Shown here: in pieces, positions 19,053-28,870 of the stretch
Layout: every line of letters starts with the position of its first letter
Numbering within the stretch: the first letter of the stretch is position 1
Assembly (NCBI GenBank): GCA_964230645.1
Contig: CAXRHT010000001.1
Span: 416,001 to 480,000 of the forward strand
DNA: 64,000 nucleotides
From: Bdellovibrionales bacterium
GTDB lineage: Bacteria > Bdellovibrionota > Bdellovibrionia > Bdellovibrionales > JAGQZY01
Reading direction: 5' to 3'
Translations under genes and position numbers: made by a program
Notes under the pieces: model-generated
Databases searched by the model: none
Seen by the model: the letters and a program-made list of their open reading frames with translations, nothing else
Told to the model about the DNA's origin: nothing

Positions 19053-19940
19053 TTAAAGGTCTAAATTCTTATCGGAGTCTATGCCGGAGAGGGGATGGTG
19101 ATTTTCCACCGTGTCTTGCATCTTTTTAGTGCTGACGTTGGTGTAGATTTGAGTGGTTTGAATACTCGAATGGCCCAAAAGCTTTTGGATCGAACGCAGA
19201 TCCGCTCCAGATTCAAGCAGAGCTGTCGCACAACCGTGCCGAAACTGATGGGGATGGATGGTTTTTTCAAACCCGGCTTTTTTAGACCAGGCATCCAGCC
19301 AGCGCCAAATATCAACCCGCGATGGCCTTTTTCCGCGATCATTCACAAGAATAGAGGTCTCCCCTTCTTTAGCAAGATGAGGCCTGACTTGTCTTAGATA
19401 AACTCTGAGTTCTTGTAAAAGGTGACCGGTTAAAGGAACCAGTCGCTCTTTGCCACCTTTCCCGTGAATTTTAATCCAGGCATCGGACTCATTGAAATCA
19501 ATCAAATTAAATTGAATGAGTTCAGTCACCCGACAACCAAGTCCAAAGAGTAATGTTAAAGTGATATGGTTTCTAGCCGACTTATAGGGGTCATCCACAT
19601 GGGAGGCTTCATTGAGTTTGTTGAAATCTTCAAGAGTTAAAGCTGAAGGCATTTTTGTCTCAACCTTTGGTGGCCGAAGTTGGGAGAGATCAGGAATCTT
19701 TTCGCCCCGCTTTTGGCAGAACTTATAGTAAGTTCGGATACTACTGATCACTCGGGCTTGTGATCTTTTCGATAGCTTTTGCTTACTTAAATACTGATAG
19801 ATTCCGTTGATGTCCCGATGGGTTTCTAAAAACTCTGCAAAAAGTTCTAAGTCCCTTCGATAGGCAAGGATCGTGTTTTTCGATCGTCCTCGAACATTTT
19901 TTAAATCATCAAAAAATTCAACCCAGTACTTTAGTGCCAT
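19053..19940 (-). CDS. xerD: Site-specific tyrosine recombinase, XerC/XerD type
   Basis: SKNTILAYRRDL, GCRVTEL, GKGGKERLVP, HQFRHGCAT..GADLRSIQKLLGH..TTQIY (R-H-R-H-Y catalytic set). XerD versus XerC is not certain. Confidence 0.8.
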   Translation of the reverse strand: MALKYWVEFFDDLKNVRGRSKNTILAYRRDLELFAEFLETHRDINGIYQYLSKQKLSKRSQARVISSIRTYYKFCQKRGEKIPDLSQLRPPKVETKMPSALTLEDFNKLNEASHVDDPYKSARNHITLTLLFGLGCRVTELIQFNLIDFNESDAWIKIHGKGGKERLVPLTGHLLQELRVYLRQVRPHLAKEGETSILVNDRGKRPSRVDIWRWLDAWSKKAGFEKTIHPHQFRHGCATALLESGADLRSIQKLLGHSSIQTTQIYTNVSTKKMQDTVENHHPLSGIDSDKNLDL

Positions 19941-20032
19941 AAGATTATTGTTACACGAAACCCCTGATTTGCAAGGCGCTCATCACACATTGCAACAAGG
20001 ATAGCGGGGTAAAAAGCCCCATGAATAAGTGA

Positions 20033-21202
20033 TCAGTGCACTTCAGCCTGCAGACTCTTTTTCCTTTGAGATGAGACCTTTTCAAGTTGCGCGTTCGGGT
20101 AATAATGACTCAAGATCTCTTTAAAATTTTTGCCATTACGAGCCCAACGCTGCGCCCCCCATTGGCACATACCCACTCCATGACCGAAACCCCGCCCTTT
20201 AAATTCAATACTCTCACCAAGGTGTGTAACGGCAAAATGAGTGCTCCTAAGCTTTGAAAAGCCCAAGAGTCTTCTAAACTCATTGGCCTCAAGTCTTTTG
20301 ATAATATTATTTGAAAAGACAAAATCGATAACATGAGCCCGCGACTTTTCTCCTAGCCTTGGAAGAATACTTTTTAGATTTACTCCAAAGGGCAAAAAGA
20401 ACACGTCTTTTAATAGACGTGTGAGCTTTGCCTTATCTACCAATATCGACCAATTGTTTTTTGAGGCCGACTGGCAATAAGGGTCTTTCACTTCTACATT
20501 TAAAGAGGTGGGCTGACGCCAAACAACTTTCTCCTGACTCGTTCCCCCTCCACAGTCGGCATGAAAGTAAGCGGGAAAAATTTGGGAGGTCTTTTTGGAA
20601 GTTAAAATCTGCCCATGGGTCTCGTTCACAGCCTTGACTATATTTTTGTGTTTTTTTGCATCCATTTTAAAAACCTGATCCATCGTATCGGACCTCACAT
20701 CAAAAACCTCTGCCTTTCTCTCTTGTTTTTTAAACAGAAAATAAGTTCTTGAAGCGATGGCTTGCGCCTTTAATGTTTCCTCGGGCCAAGAAGACGGCAC
20801 TTCAGCGGCCATCACCCCGTAAAGGTACTGATCAACAGGGAGGTGAAGAACCCATAGAGTTTTCTTATTTTCAAAATAAAGGCTTACTTTTTGAAGAACT
20901 CTATTCTCAAGAGAAAAAGAACCGGTAAGGACAAAATGCCCTCCCTTGATTTCTCTTGATAAATTTTCTTCAACATTTTTTAGTCGCAGAACATTCTTGT
21001 GACGATTAAACTTCCAGGTTCCTGGCCGCAGCTTTAACTTGTCTTGGTCACAAGTGTGCCCGTCTTTGTCCTTACAAGAAACCCAAAGTGTTCCTGTGAT
21101 GACTTTTTCATTATTAAACTCGTCAATGAGAACGCGAGCCTCAAAAGCAAAGACGGGAGAACTTAAGCTTATTAAACTTAATAGGAAGCTGATGATGCGC
21201 AA
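20033..21202 (-). CDS. SpoIID/LytB domain protein (peptidoglycan lytic transglycosylase family)
   Basis: YLYGVMAAEVPSSWPEETLKAQAIASRTY, DQVF, GRGFGHGVGMCQWGA, ILSHYYP. Confidence 0.9.
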   Translation of the reverse strand: MRIISFLLSLISLSSPVFAFEARVLIDEFNNEKVITGTLWVSCKDKDGHTCDQDKLKLRPGTWKFNRHKNVLRLKNVEENLSREIKGGHFVLTGSFSLENRVLQKVSLYFENKKTLWVLHLPVDQYLYGVMAAEVPSSWPEETLKAQAIASRTYFLFKKQERKAEVFDVRSDTMDQVFKMDAKKHKNIVKAVNETHGQILTSKKTSQIFPAYFHADCGGGTSQEKVVWRQPTSLNVEVKDPYCQSASKNNWSILVDKAKLTRLLKDVFFLPFGVNLKSILPRLGEKSRAHVIDFVFSNNIIKRLEANEFRRLLGFSKLRSTHFAVTHLGESIEFKGRGFGHGVGMCQWGAQRWARNGKNFKEILSHYYPNAQLEKVSSQRKKSLQAEVH

Positions 21203-21291
21203 AAATTCCCCTCCGCCGAAGACTCTTAGGATAACAGAGTTTCTTTGGAGGTTTCAAAAGACTAAAAGAGAGTTCTTAAAACTTTTTGACT

Positions 21292-22080
21292 CTACTGAGT
21301 CTTGTTAGGACTATCGTCGAGCTTTTCAGCCACCTTAACTGGATTGAAAAGCGAGCCCAGAGTGTCCAAAGGAAGTGGGAAAACAATGGTGTTAGTCCCT
21401 TCTCCGGCCACTTCACTTAAGGACTGCAGATAAGCTAGTTGTAGTGAGCCTGGGGCTTCGGCTAGCTTTGTGGCTGCCTGCATGAGTTTTTCAGATCGTT
21501 GCAATTCCCCTTCAGCTGAGATTACCTTGGCACGCCGGTCACGTTCGGCTTCCGCCTGTCTAGCCATAGCTCTTTGCATTTCTTTTGGTAAGTCGATGTG
21601 CTTGACCTCAACCGTTGAAACCTTAATACCCCATTGCTCCGTGGCTTCATCAAGAATGACTTGTAAGCGCTGATTGATTTTATCGCGTTGGGAGAGAATA
21701 TCATCCATCTGAAACTGCCCCATGATCGAACGCAATGTTGTTTGAGTGAGTTGCGAGGTGGCGAAAAGATAGTCCTCCACCTTGGTGACGGCGGCTTCAG
21801 GCTCTGTCACTCGAAAATATACCACGGCATTCACCTTCATACTCACGTTATCAAGGGTAATGACGTCTTGTGGTTGAATATCCATAGTCACCGTTCTTGT
21901 GTCCACGCGAATGACCCGGTCAATGATAGGAATTAAAATAATAAGTCCAGGTCCTTTAATACCAATGGAGTGCCCAAGTCTTAGAACCACTCCTCTTTCC
22001 CATTCCGACAGGATTTTGATCATTGAAACTAAAAGTGTCAGACCAAAAATGACCAGAAAAATTAAAACTGAAAACGTCAT
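21292..22080 (-). CDS. SPFH/stomatin (slipin) family protein
   Basis: [44 protein letters not shown]. Start moved to ATG 22080, which overlaps the nfeD stop (ATGA). Confidence 0.92.
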   Translation of the reverse strand: MTFSVLIFLVIFGLTLLVSMIKILSEWERGVVLRLGHSIGIKGPGLIILIPIIDRVIRVDTRTVTMDIQPQDVITLDNVSMKVNAVVYFRVTEPEAAVTKVEDYLFATSQLTQTTLRSIMGQFQMDDILSQRDKINQRLQVILDEATEQWGIKVSTVEVKHIDLPKEMQRAMARQAEAERDRRAKVISAEGELQRSEKLMQAATKLAEAPGSLQLAYLQSLSEVAGEGTNTIVFPLPLDTLGSLFNPVKVAEKLDDSPNKTQ

Positions 22081-23375
22081 ACTTCTCCTCTTTCTTTTTC
22101 TTTGCGAACTGTCAAAAGAAAACCATCGGCTTTGACGATCAGAGCCGTATCCCCCTCTTTGAGAGGATCCTCTGATAGGATTTGCCAAAGCTCGCCTTGA
22201 TAATGGCCCATTCCTTTTTTCTCTTTTATATCAAAAGATTTCACCACTAATGTTTTGCCGGTTAGCTTTTCTTTTTTTCGATTTTGTCTTCCCTTTTTCA
22301 TAGCACCCACTGCTAAATAGGAAATTCCAGCCATCAGCACAAATAAACTCACTGACGTGGCAATGAGTAAGCCCAGCGGAATAGCGTAGCCGGAAGACTC
22401 GTCAAATAGAAACAATGACCCCACCACAAACGAGGCTAAACCTCCAAGGCCAAGAGCTCCGAAGCTTGGAACGAAAATTTCTGCAAACATAAAAGCCACT
22501 CCTAAAAAGAGAAGCAAGACTCCTCCCCAAGAGACATCAAGCATATGAAAATTTACTAAAGAGATCACAATTCCCATGGCCCCGACCACTCCCGGAAGAA
22601 TGGCTCCAGGATGAGTCATTTCAAAATAAAGAAGTCCAAGACTTCCCATAAAAATAAGATAGGCCCACTGAGGATTTGATAGGATTTGTAAAACATTGTG
22701 GCGTAAGTCTGGGGCATAGACGATGATTTCCCCGGTCTTCACCTCGACTTTTTCTTCAGTGTTCATTCGAACTTTTTGGGTCTGTGCAAATTTTAAAAAA
22801 CTCTCAAGATCCGTGGCCACGATATCAATGGCTCCTGCCTTTTTGGCTTCTTTCGCATCCAAAGCTTTAGCTTCAAGTACGATGTCTTCGGCAAATTTCT
22901 CGCTGCGCCCTCGGTACTTCGCTAAACCCTCAACCCAACTTCTTGTGTCTTCAAATATTTTTTTTCGTAAATCTTCGGGCATCTCTTGCCCTGTTCCGGT
23001 AACGGGGCTTGCAGCTCCGATATTTGTAGCCTCCACGGCTCCATTGACATGACAAGCTTGCATGAGAATAGCTCCAGCACTTCCTGCATGTCCTCCCGTT
23101 GGATGAACCACGCAAAGAAAGGGAACAGAGGAACTCATTATCAGTTCCACAATTTTCCTGGTGGACTGTAAACTTCCCCCAGGTGTATTGATTCGCACCA
23201 AAATAGACTGACAGTTTTTCTCTTTCGCCTTTTCTTGAGCCCGAACCAAATAATCAAGAGTGGCTGGTCCAACGGTGTCCCTGACTTCAATAGAAAGAGT
23301 GCACTCTCCCCAGGCCTCTCTTGGGAGAGCAAGACTGAGAAAAACCAAAAAGAAAAATCCAAGAAACTTATTCAA
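22077..23375 (-). CDS. nfeD: NfeD membrane-bound serine protease (ClpP class)
   Basis: [22 protein letters not shown] region and OB-fold GELW; canonical partner of stomatin. Probable TTG start at 23375 overlapping the upstream stop (ORF track start is 23408). Confidence 0.9.
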   Translation of the reverse strand: MNKFLGFFFLVFLSLALPREAWGECTLSIEVRDTVGPATLDYLVRAQEKAKEKNCQSILVRINTPGGSLQSTRKIVELIMSSSVPFLCVVHPTGGHAGSAGAILMQACHVNGAVEATNIGAASPVTGTGQEMPEDLRKKIFEDTRSWVEGLAKYRGRSEKFAEDIVLEAKALDAKEAKKAGAIDIVATDLESFLKFAQTQKVRMNTEEKVEVKTGEIIVYAPDLRHNVLQILSNPQWAYLIFMGSLGLLYFEMTHPGAILPGVVGAMGIVISLVNFHMLDVSWGGVLLLFLGVAFMFAEIFVPSFGALGLGGLASFVVGSLFLFDESSGYAIPLGLLIATSVSLFVLMAGISYLAVGAMKKGRQNRKKEKLTGKTLVVKSFDIKEKKGMGHYQGELWQILSEDPLKEGDTALIVKADGFLLTVRKEKERGEV

Positions 23376-23791
23376 ATCAATTGCCTGTACTTTTTCAAAT
23401 GAACCCATGTCTCTTTTTTGTAGGCTGGCTTTTCGAGCAAGGTTTTCAGGGAATGGGTTTTAACAATCTCATGCCCCATCCAATGCACAGACTCCCCAAG
23501 AGTTCCGGGGAAGTCCTCTCCAAAACAAATGACTTTTTTGGATTGGCTCTGATTTTCTAGGATCTGAACACCGGCCTCGCCTTGATTGAGAATCATCACA
23601 TCTTCATTTTTTAACTGAATGGCCACAATCATTTTTGAAAGCATAGTGTACGCTTCGTCCGGCAAAAACTCCTCCACCAAAAACACGAGAGACTTATCGA
23701 AGTCCATCGAAGGATTGGAATTCTGATTTTCAGGGCGGATCATCCAAGGTGACTGTAGGCACTCGGAGACATAGGTGTTCCAAAAATTCAT
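23372..23791 (-). CDS. Hypothetical protein with degenerate uracil-DNA-glycosylase-like/HolD-like fold
   Basis: MLSKMIVAIQL, VICFG and THSLKTLLEKPAYKKETWVHL resemble the C-terminal pattern of family-4 UDG and Pol III psi-like proteins. Confidence 0.5.
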   Translation of the reverse strand: MNFWNTYVSECLQSPWMIRPENQNSNPSMDFDKSLVFLVEEFLPDEAYTMLSKMIVAIQLKNEDVMILNQGEAGVQILENQSQSKKVICFGEDFPGTLGESVHWMGHEIVKTHSLKTLLEKPAYKKETWVHLKKYRQLI

Positions 23792-23996
23792 GCCCCCAAT
23801 CTAGTAGAGAGCTAGTAAAAAGGCCAGAAATGAACAAAAATTGCCGCGATAAGTTGCCGGGGGAGAAAATCTTTCCCCGTCGACAAGGCCATATCTCATT
23901 GATTTCACCCGAGAAGCCTTAAGTCCTCCCACCAAATTCCGAATGTTGTGTTGTAAGTAGCTTGGAATCAACCAACTATAAAAAGGAAAAGCACCG

Positions 23997-24197
23997 ATGG
24001 AAATTAGTCGTCCCCAGCAGAAACAGCTCACTCCTCAGCAGGAAGACTTCGTAGAACTTGAAAACCACTGTTGCCTCTGTGGAACGGAATTGGTTTTCGA
24101 GCACAGGCATGATGATGAAGCGGTAAAAATAAAAGAACAAGGTCACTGTCCTTGCTGCAAAATCACACTCAAAGAAAAAGAATTCATGGTTCACTGA
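23997..24197 (+). CDS. Small zinc-ribbon protein
   Basis: 66 aa with CCLC...CPCC; AAGGA RBS. Confidence 0.75.
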   Translation: MEISRPQQKQLTPQQEDFVELENHCCLCGTELVFEHRHDDEAVKIKEQGHCPCCKITLKEKEFMVH

Positions 24198-24301
24198 ATC
24201 CATTGGAAAATCACCGAATGAATTCGTGAAAACCCAAGGAACAAAAGGGGATGAAAGATATTCTCCCCACAAAGAAGTTCTGGTTTATCTAAACTCAAAA
24301 A

Positions 24302-25567
24302 TTAAAAACTACCGATCAGACGTGCCTCAACAGTTAGAAGCATCAAATCGAGCGTGGACTCTCTGGGTCCAGCCACAGGATCGGTGTAAGTGACATCACT
24401 GGCAAAATAATTAAGTTGAGTGAAAATCCCAAGTCCCAAACCTTTTGTAAGTGGGCGCTTAATCCCGCCTCCAAATTCAAACATGGTTGGGAAACCAGAC
24501 TCGAAATCAAAGGCATCACCCGAAGAAATAGGATAAAGGTAGCGACCATACACTTCGTAGTTCCAAACCTTATTGCTGCGTTTTTGATACATTAAACCCA
24601 CGTGCAGATTGTAAATGGAGTTATCAAAATAAGTTAAAGCCGCTTGCCCCTGTCTTTCTCTAAAGTAGGGAAGGTTTTGTAATTGGAAACCCAAATCAAG
24701 ACCCAATCGACCGCTCGACATTTTCAACATGTCCATAAACCAAACCACACTCCCCTGAGCCTGCAACCAACTAAAATCATTTCCAGTCACAGTAAGGCCT
24801 GAGCCTATGTCATCAGTTGAGCCAGAAGCGCTCCGAAGAGTTGCCAGTATCAAGAGCTTTTTAGAATAATCCCATTCCAATCCACCGGCAAAAGCGGGAA
24901 TGACAAATGTACTTCCTGAGGTATCAACTCCTCCACCCAAGCCAGCACCGGAAAGAGATACGGAGGTACTAAAGTAAGAAAAACCCAAAGCGCCCCAAAC
25001 TTTCAGTGAGGAATCATCGTAACCTTTTTTTCCAAGGCGATCTTGAATGAGTTGGCCTTGGTCGTTTTTACGAGAATAATAATTATCCGACTGATCAATA
25101 CCTTCGACGTCTCCATCTCGGGCCATATAACTTCTTTCCTCAGCTTCAAAATCATTGGCTCGTCCCTTTTGAGGAACACGGAAATTAAGAGTGAAGGTTC
25201 TCCACTTCTTGTTTTCTTTCACCTGGATCGGAATTTCCACAGCAATGGTGGGAAGATAAAGATCAAAGGTAAAGACTCCGCTCGAGTCGACATCTACGGG
25301 AAATTGAGCTCTGTTTTTTTGAGGAATTTTCGCCCAGCGAGTCTGACCGGAATCGAGGAACATCTTCAAACGATTCCCTTTAATACGAACCACAGCGCCT
25401 GGCGTGGTTTGCCCGGTAAACCTTAAAACACGGCGATTTTTGCGCACCAACTTTTCAGGTACAACCTCTGGTTGCGACCAAGTCACTTTTGCTTGGGACT
25501 CCCAGGCCATGAGCGACAATAAAGAAACAAGAAGGTATTTAACCGCATTTTTCATAGATGACCCCAC
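24302..25567 (-). CDS. Outer membrane beta-barrel protein with N-terminal periplasmic domain
   Basis: Signal peptide, Ig-like N-terminal segment, amphipathic beta strands in the C-terminal half, terminal Phe. Confidence 0.7.
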   Translation of the reverse strand: MGSSMKNAVKYLLVSLLSLMAWESQAKVTWSQPEVVPEKLVRKNRRVLRFTGQTTPGAVVRIKGNRLKMFLDSGQTRWAKIPQKNRAQFPVDVDSSGVFTFDLYLPTIAVEIPIQVKENKKWRTFTLNFRVPQKGRANDFEAEERSYMARDGDVEGIDQSDNYYSRKNDQGQLIQDRLGKKGYDDSSLKVWGALGFSYFSTSVSLSGAGLGGGVDTSGSTFVIPAFAGGLEWDYSKKLLILATLRSASGSTDDIGSGLTVTGNDFSWLQAQGSVVWFMDMLKMSSGRLGLDLGFQLQNLPYFRERQGQAALTYFDNSIYNLHVGLMYQKRSNKVWNYEVYGRYLYPISSGDAFDFESGFPTMFEFGGGIKRPLTKGLGLGIFTQLNYFASDVTYTDPVAGPRESTLDLMLLTVEARLIGSF

Positions 25568-25697
25568 TGCAAGATGAATAAAGCGTTCCCCGATATTGTC
25601 TCCAAAAGGCCTAGTAGGTTCAACAAACGAAGCCTTACGCTACGCAGTACTAGACAGCTGACGAGCTGCAACAGTCTTAAGTTTTATCTAATTTATA

Positions 25698-26405
25698 CTA
25701 AAGATGGCTTTCTAGGTGATTCTCTAGGACGTCAGGAAGCTCAGAGAAAAAGTCCATGCCCGTGGCCGCTTCCACCTCGTCGACTGTGACCAGAAAATCC
25801 TCTGGCTCCCCGTCTTCCACAAAGCGATTATCGATGAGGTAAGCCACCATACGCTCTTCTTGCGGAAAGTAGGCAATTTTATAATAAGTCTCTGGAACAC
25901 TCACACCAGAATCAATGCGCTCAAGTCCCACATGTAAAATTGGGGCTGTCACAACATGAGCAGTTCCATAGTCAAAAACAAAACCTCTCATGTCCCATTC
26001 AATAGAGGCCCAGATTCTTCGATTAAAACCGGGGCGCTGAGGCGACATATTCGTCATATAAAAAGTTTCACTCATGGCCGTGTGATTGAGTTTCATGTCA
26101 GCCGCAGGAACTAGGTGTCCGCGATCAAATCCCGAGTAGCGGTAGTCACTTGACAAAACAGGATCATCAATCTGTGGATCTTTCCTATAATCGTTGGTTC
26201 GCTTTTGTTTGGATTTGATCGATTCAAGAGTCAATGCGTGTTTCACCCAGCGAGCCTGTCTGTGCTCGGGATCGTAGCAAACAGAGTAGTAGGTGTAATC
26301 CAGAACTTCTGGGCAGAATTCCTGAGGCCAATACTCTTGCTGACTACCGTAAGCTTTAAAACCTACAAACACCAACAAGATGATGAGAAATCGTCTTTGT
26401 TTCAT
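25698..26405 (-). CDS. Secreted DNA/RNA non-specific endonuclease (NucA/EndoG family)
   Basis: Signal peptide; DRGHLVPAAD, TFYMTNMSPQ, FNRRIW..E, VDEVEAATGMDFF. Confidence 0.93.
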   Translation of the reverse strand: MKQRRFLIILLVFVGFKAYGSQQEYWPQEFCPEVLDYTYYSVCYDPEHRQARWVKHALTLESIKSKQKRTNDYRKDPQIDDPVLSSDYRYSGFDRGHLVPAADMKLNHTAMSETFYMTNMSPQRPGFNRRIWASIEWDMRGFVFDYGTAHVVTAPILHVGLERIDSGVSVPETYYKIAYFPQEERMVAYLIDNRFVEDGEPEDFLVTVDEVEAATGMDFFSELPDVLENHLESHL

Positions 26406-26628
26406 GGCCCCTCCTTGGACTGAAAACAGAAGATGGAAATCGTTTCATCTCACAACTGTGAGTTCTATCACGACTCTTGCTTTGTGGTATTCCAGCAAGA
26501 ACAACTTAAGACCTTGGTCTTGCTTGGAACTTTCCACTGAATTTATTGTAGCAACGTTAGAATTGGGTGCACGTTAAGATCTTGTTTGGCTTTCTTTACG
26601 GAATGGGGAAGCAATGAAGATTGCGGGG

Positions 26629-26808
26629 CCACTCCTTGGCTAAGTGTCGGCAAAAATTGCGGAAGCTTTTGGTGAAGGCACGCACCCGGGTGCACTTCGT
26701 CTCCCGGGTTGCACCACTTCGTGGCGCAACCCAAGATACGCAGCGCTCGTTGCTCGAGCCTTCTCCAAAAGCTTCCGCAATTTTTGCCGACACTTAGCCA
26801 AGGAGTGG
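26629..26808. repeat. 180 bp foldback element (MITE/REP-like) with 51 bp inverted arms
   Basis: 26629-26679 is the reverse complement of 26758-26808 at 50/51 positions. The interior has hairpins with CTTCGT loops. Confidence 0.85.
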
Positions 26809-26932
26809 TGATTTTCTTTTTTGTTTTTTACTTAAGAAAGTTATTGGGCTTGAGTGGCGGAGTCGGTAACTTATTTTGGAAAGGGGCTCATTTTTTTTAA
26901 GATCTTTCCTCTATAGCCCATCATCCTTTTTG

Positions 26933-28840
26933 CTATTGAGGCTCTGGGGAAGGGTCGGCTTCTTCCGTTGGAGGGGGATTTAGTTTTTTTAGGATGTTTT
27001 CGGCCGTTTTTGATGTGAGGCCAGGGACTAATTTTAGCTCATCAATAGTTTTGGTTTTTATTTCGGAAACGGAGCCGTATTTATTGAGTAATCGTTTTAT
27101 GAGGGTTGGGCCCAGGCCTTTTATTTCGTCAAGTTCTGAGCCGAAGCTGTGATTGTCTCTTAGTTTCCTGTGGTAGCTGATCGCGAAACGGTGGGCTTCA
27201 TCTCTTAGACCGACTAGGATTTTAAAAGGTTCTGAGCCTTCGGCAAAAGTGACGGGGTTTTGTCTTCCGGGGAGATAGAATCTTTCAGCCGATCTTTCTA
27301 CCTGTTCGCCTTGGAAGTTTCGTTTGGTTCTTTCTTTAGCTAGGCCCACAACGGGAATATAGGTTTTTTCTAGCTCCTTTAAAACTTTAACGGCGGCGTT
27401 GAGCTGGCCTTTTCCTCCGTCGATGATCATTAGATCGGGCTCTTCCCATTCTTCATGAGCGAGCCTTCTTTTTAGTACTTCCATAAGGGCTGCGTAATCG
27501 TCACCGCCTGTTTTTGCTTTGATTTTGTATCTTCGATAGTGATCTTTACTGAAAGCGCCCTTTTCGCTTACCACTTGTGAGCCCACGCTCTCGGCTCCTT
27601 GGAAGTGGGAAATATCGAAACACTCGATTCTAAAAGGAGGTTCTTTTAAATGGAGTTTTTTGGCAATCACTTCCAGAGCTTGGTGTTTTTTTCTGGATTT
27701 TGAAACTTGAGCTTCGAAATGACTTTTGGCATTTTTAGTGGCCATTTCTACAAGTTTTTGACCTTGTACATGGGTGGGAAAAGTTAGGTTAACTGAAGAG
27801 TGACCCCGATGTTTAAATACGTCTTCTAAAAGTTTTATAATGTCTCTTCCAAGATCCGTGGGAAGATAGATTTCGTCAGGCACAATGTTTTCTTGATAAT
27901 ACTGGTTAATGAAAGAAGGAAGCCATTCTCTGATGTCATCGCCGTCGCTTTCAGGGTCAATTTGAGAGAAAAATTGATTTCTCTGACCGATCACTCTCCC
28001 CTGCCTTATATGGAGAGTTTCAATGAGTGTGCCTCTTTGATCACCATAAAAGCCAATGACATCTTGATTGTTAGTCGCCTTGGAATTAACAACGGCTTGC
28101 TTCTCAAGAACTCTTTCAATAGCGGCAATACTGTCACGGAACTTTGCTGCTAACTCGAATTTTTCTTCTTCGGCCAATTGAAGCATTTCTTTTTTCAGTT
28201 TTTTAATCACCGATGTGGTTTCTTTTTCTAAAAACTTTTTAGCCCTTTTTACCTGCTTGCCATACTCCTTTTCATCAACAAGGTCCACACAGGGAGCGGT
28301 ACAGGCCCCAATTTGATGGGTCATGCAAGGTCGCTTTCTCGCTTTCATAAAATGATCAGCACAATCTCTTATTTGAAAAGACTGGTTTAAAAAACGGATT
28401 GTGTTTCTTACCACATAGCCACTGGTGTAGGGTCCGAAATATTGGGAGCCGTCGTTGATGACCTTTCGCGCTAGATAAAATCTTGGGAAGGCATCACTGA
28501 GACTCAAGCGTATATAAGGATAAGCCTTATCGTCCTTAAGCCTGATGTTATAGCGAGGCCTATGTTTTTTAATGAGGGAGGCTTCTAATAGAAAAGCTTC
28601 GGCTTCTGTTTCAGTAAGTATATAATCAATGTTTTGAATATTACGGACGAGAAGCTGAGTTTTTGTATGCGCAAGATTAGGGTTAAGGTAACTACGGACA
28701 CGACTGCGCAGTCTGACCGCTTTTCCTACATATATAATTTTATCACTGGCGTTTTTCATTAGATAAACACCAGGAGTCTGTGGAAAATCAGAGACCTTTA
28801 GCTTTAGGCTTTCAATGCGCTCTTCGTTTTTCTTATTCAT
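26933..28840 (-). CDS. uvrC: Excinuclease ABC subunit C
   Basis: GIY-YIG domain (PGVYLM..IIYVGKA), RIECFDISH, IDGGKGQ, RDEAHRFA, HhH motif. Confidence 0.97.
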   Translation of the reverse strand: MNKKNEERIESLKLKVSDFPQTPGVYLMKNASDKIIYVGKAVRLRSRVRSYLNPNLAHTKTQLLVRNIQNIDYILTETEAEAFLLEASLIKKHRPRYNIRLKDDKAYPYIRLSLSDAFPRFYLARKVINDGSQYFGPYTSGYVVRNTIRFLNQSFQIRDCADHFMKARKRPCMTHQIGACTAPCVDLVDEKEYGKQVKRAKKFLEKETTSVIKKLKKEMLQLAEEEKFELAAKFRDSIAAIERVLEKQAVVNSKATNNQDVIGFYGDQRGTLIETLHIRQGRVIGQRNQFFSQIDPESDGDDIREWLPSFINQYYQENIVPDEIYLPTDLGRDIIKLLEDVFKHRGHSSVNLTFPTHVQGQKLVEMATKNAKSHFEAQVSKSRKKHQALEVIAKKLHLKEPPFRIECFDISHFQGAESVGSQVVSEKGAFSKDHYRRYKIKAKTGGDDYAALMEVLKRRLAHEEWEEPDLMIIDGGKGQLNAAVKVLKELEKTYIPVVGLAKERTKRNFQGEQVERSAERFYLPGRQNPVTFAEGSEPFKILVGLRDEAHRFAISYHRKLRDNHSFGSELDEIKGLGPTLIKRLLNKYGSVSEIKTKTIDELKLVPGLTSKTAENILKKLNPPPTEEADPSPEPQ

Positions 28841-28870
28841 TCACTCGGGCTAGTTCGTCGGTTAAATGTT

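Noticed and set aside
19053..19940. Tyrosine recombinase near tRNA-Cys as a prophage or island integrase
   Set aside because: Length and motifs fit housekeeping XerC/D. It is not adjacent to the tRNA, and no att duplication or phage genes were seen.
26543..26900. Three short ORFs with repeated peptide LQKLPQFLPTLSQGV
   Set aside because: These are artefacts of translating the two arms of the inverted repeat.
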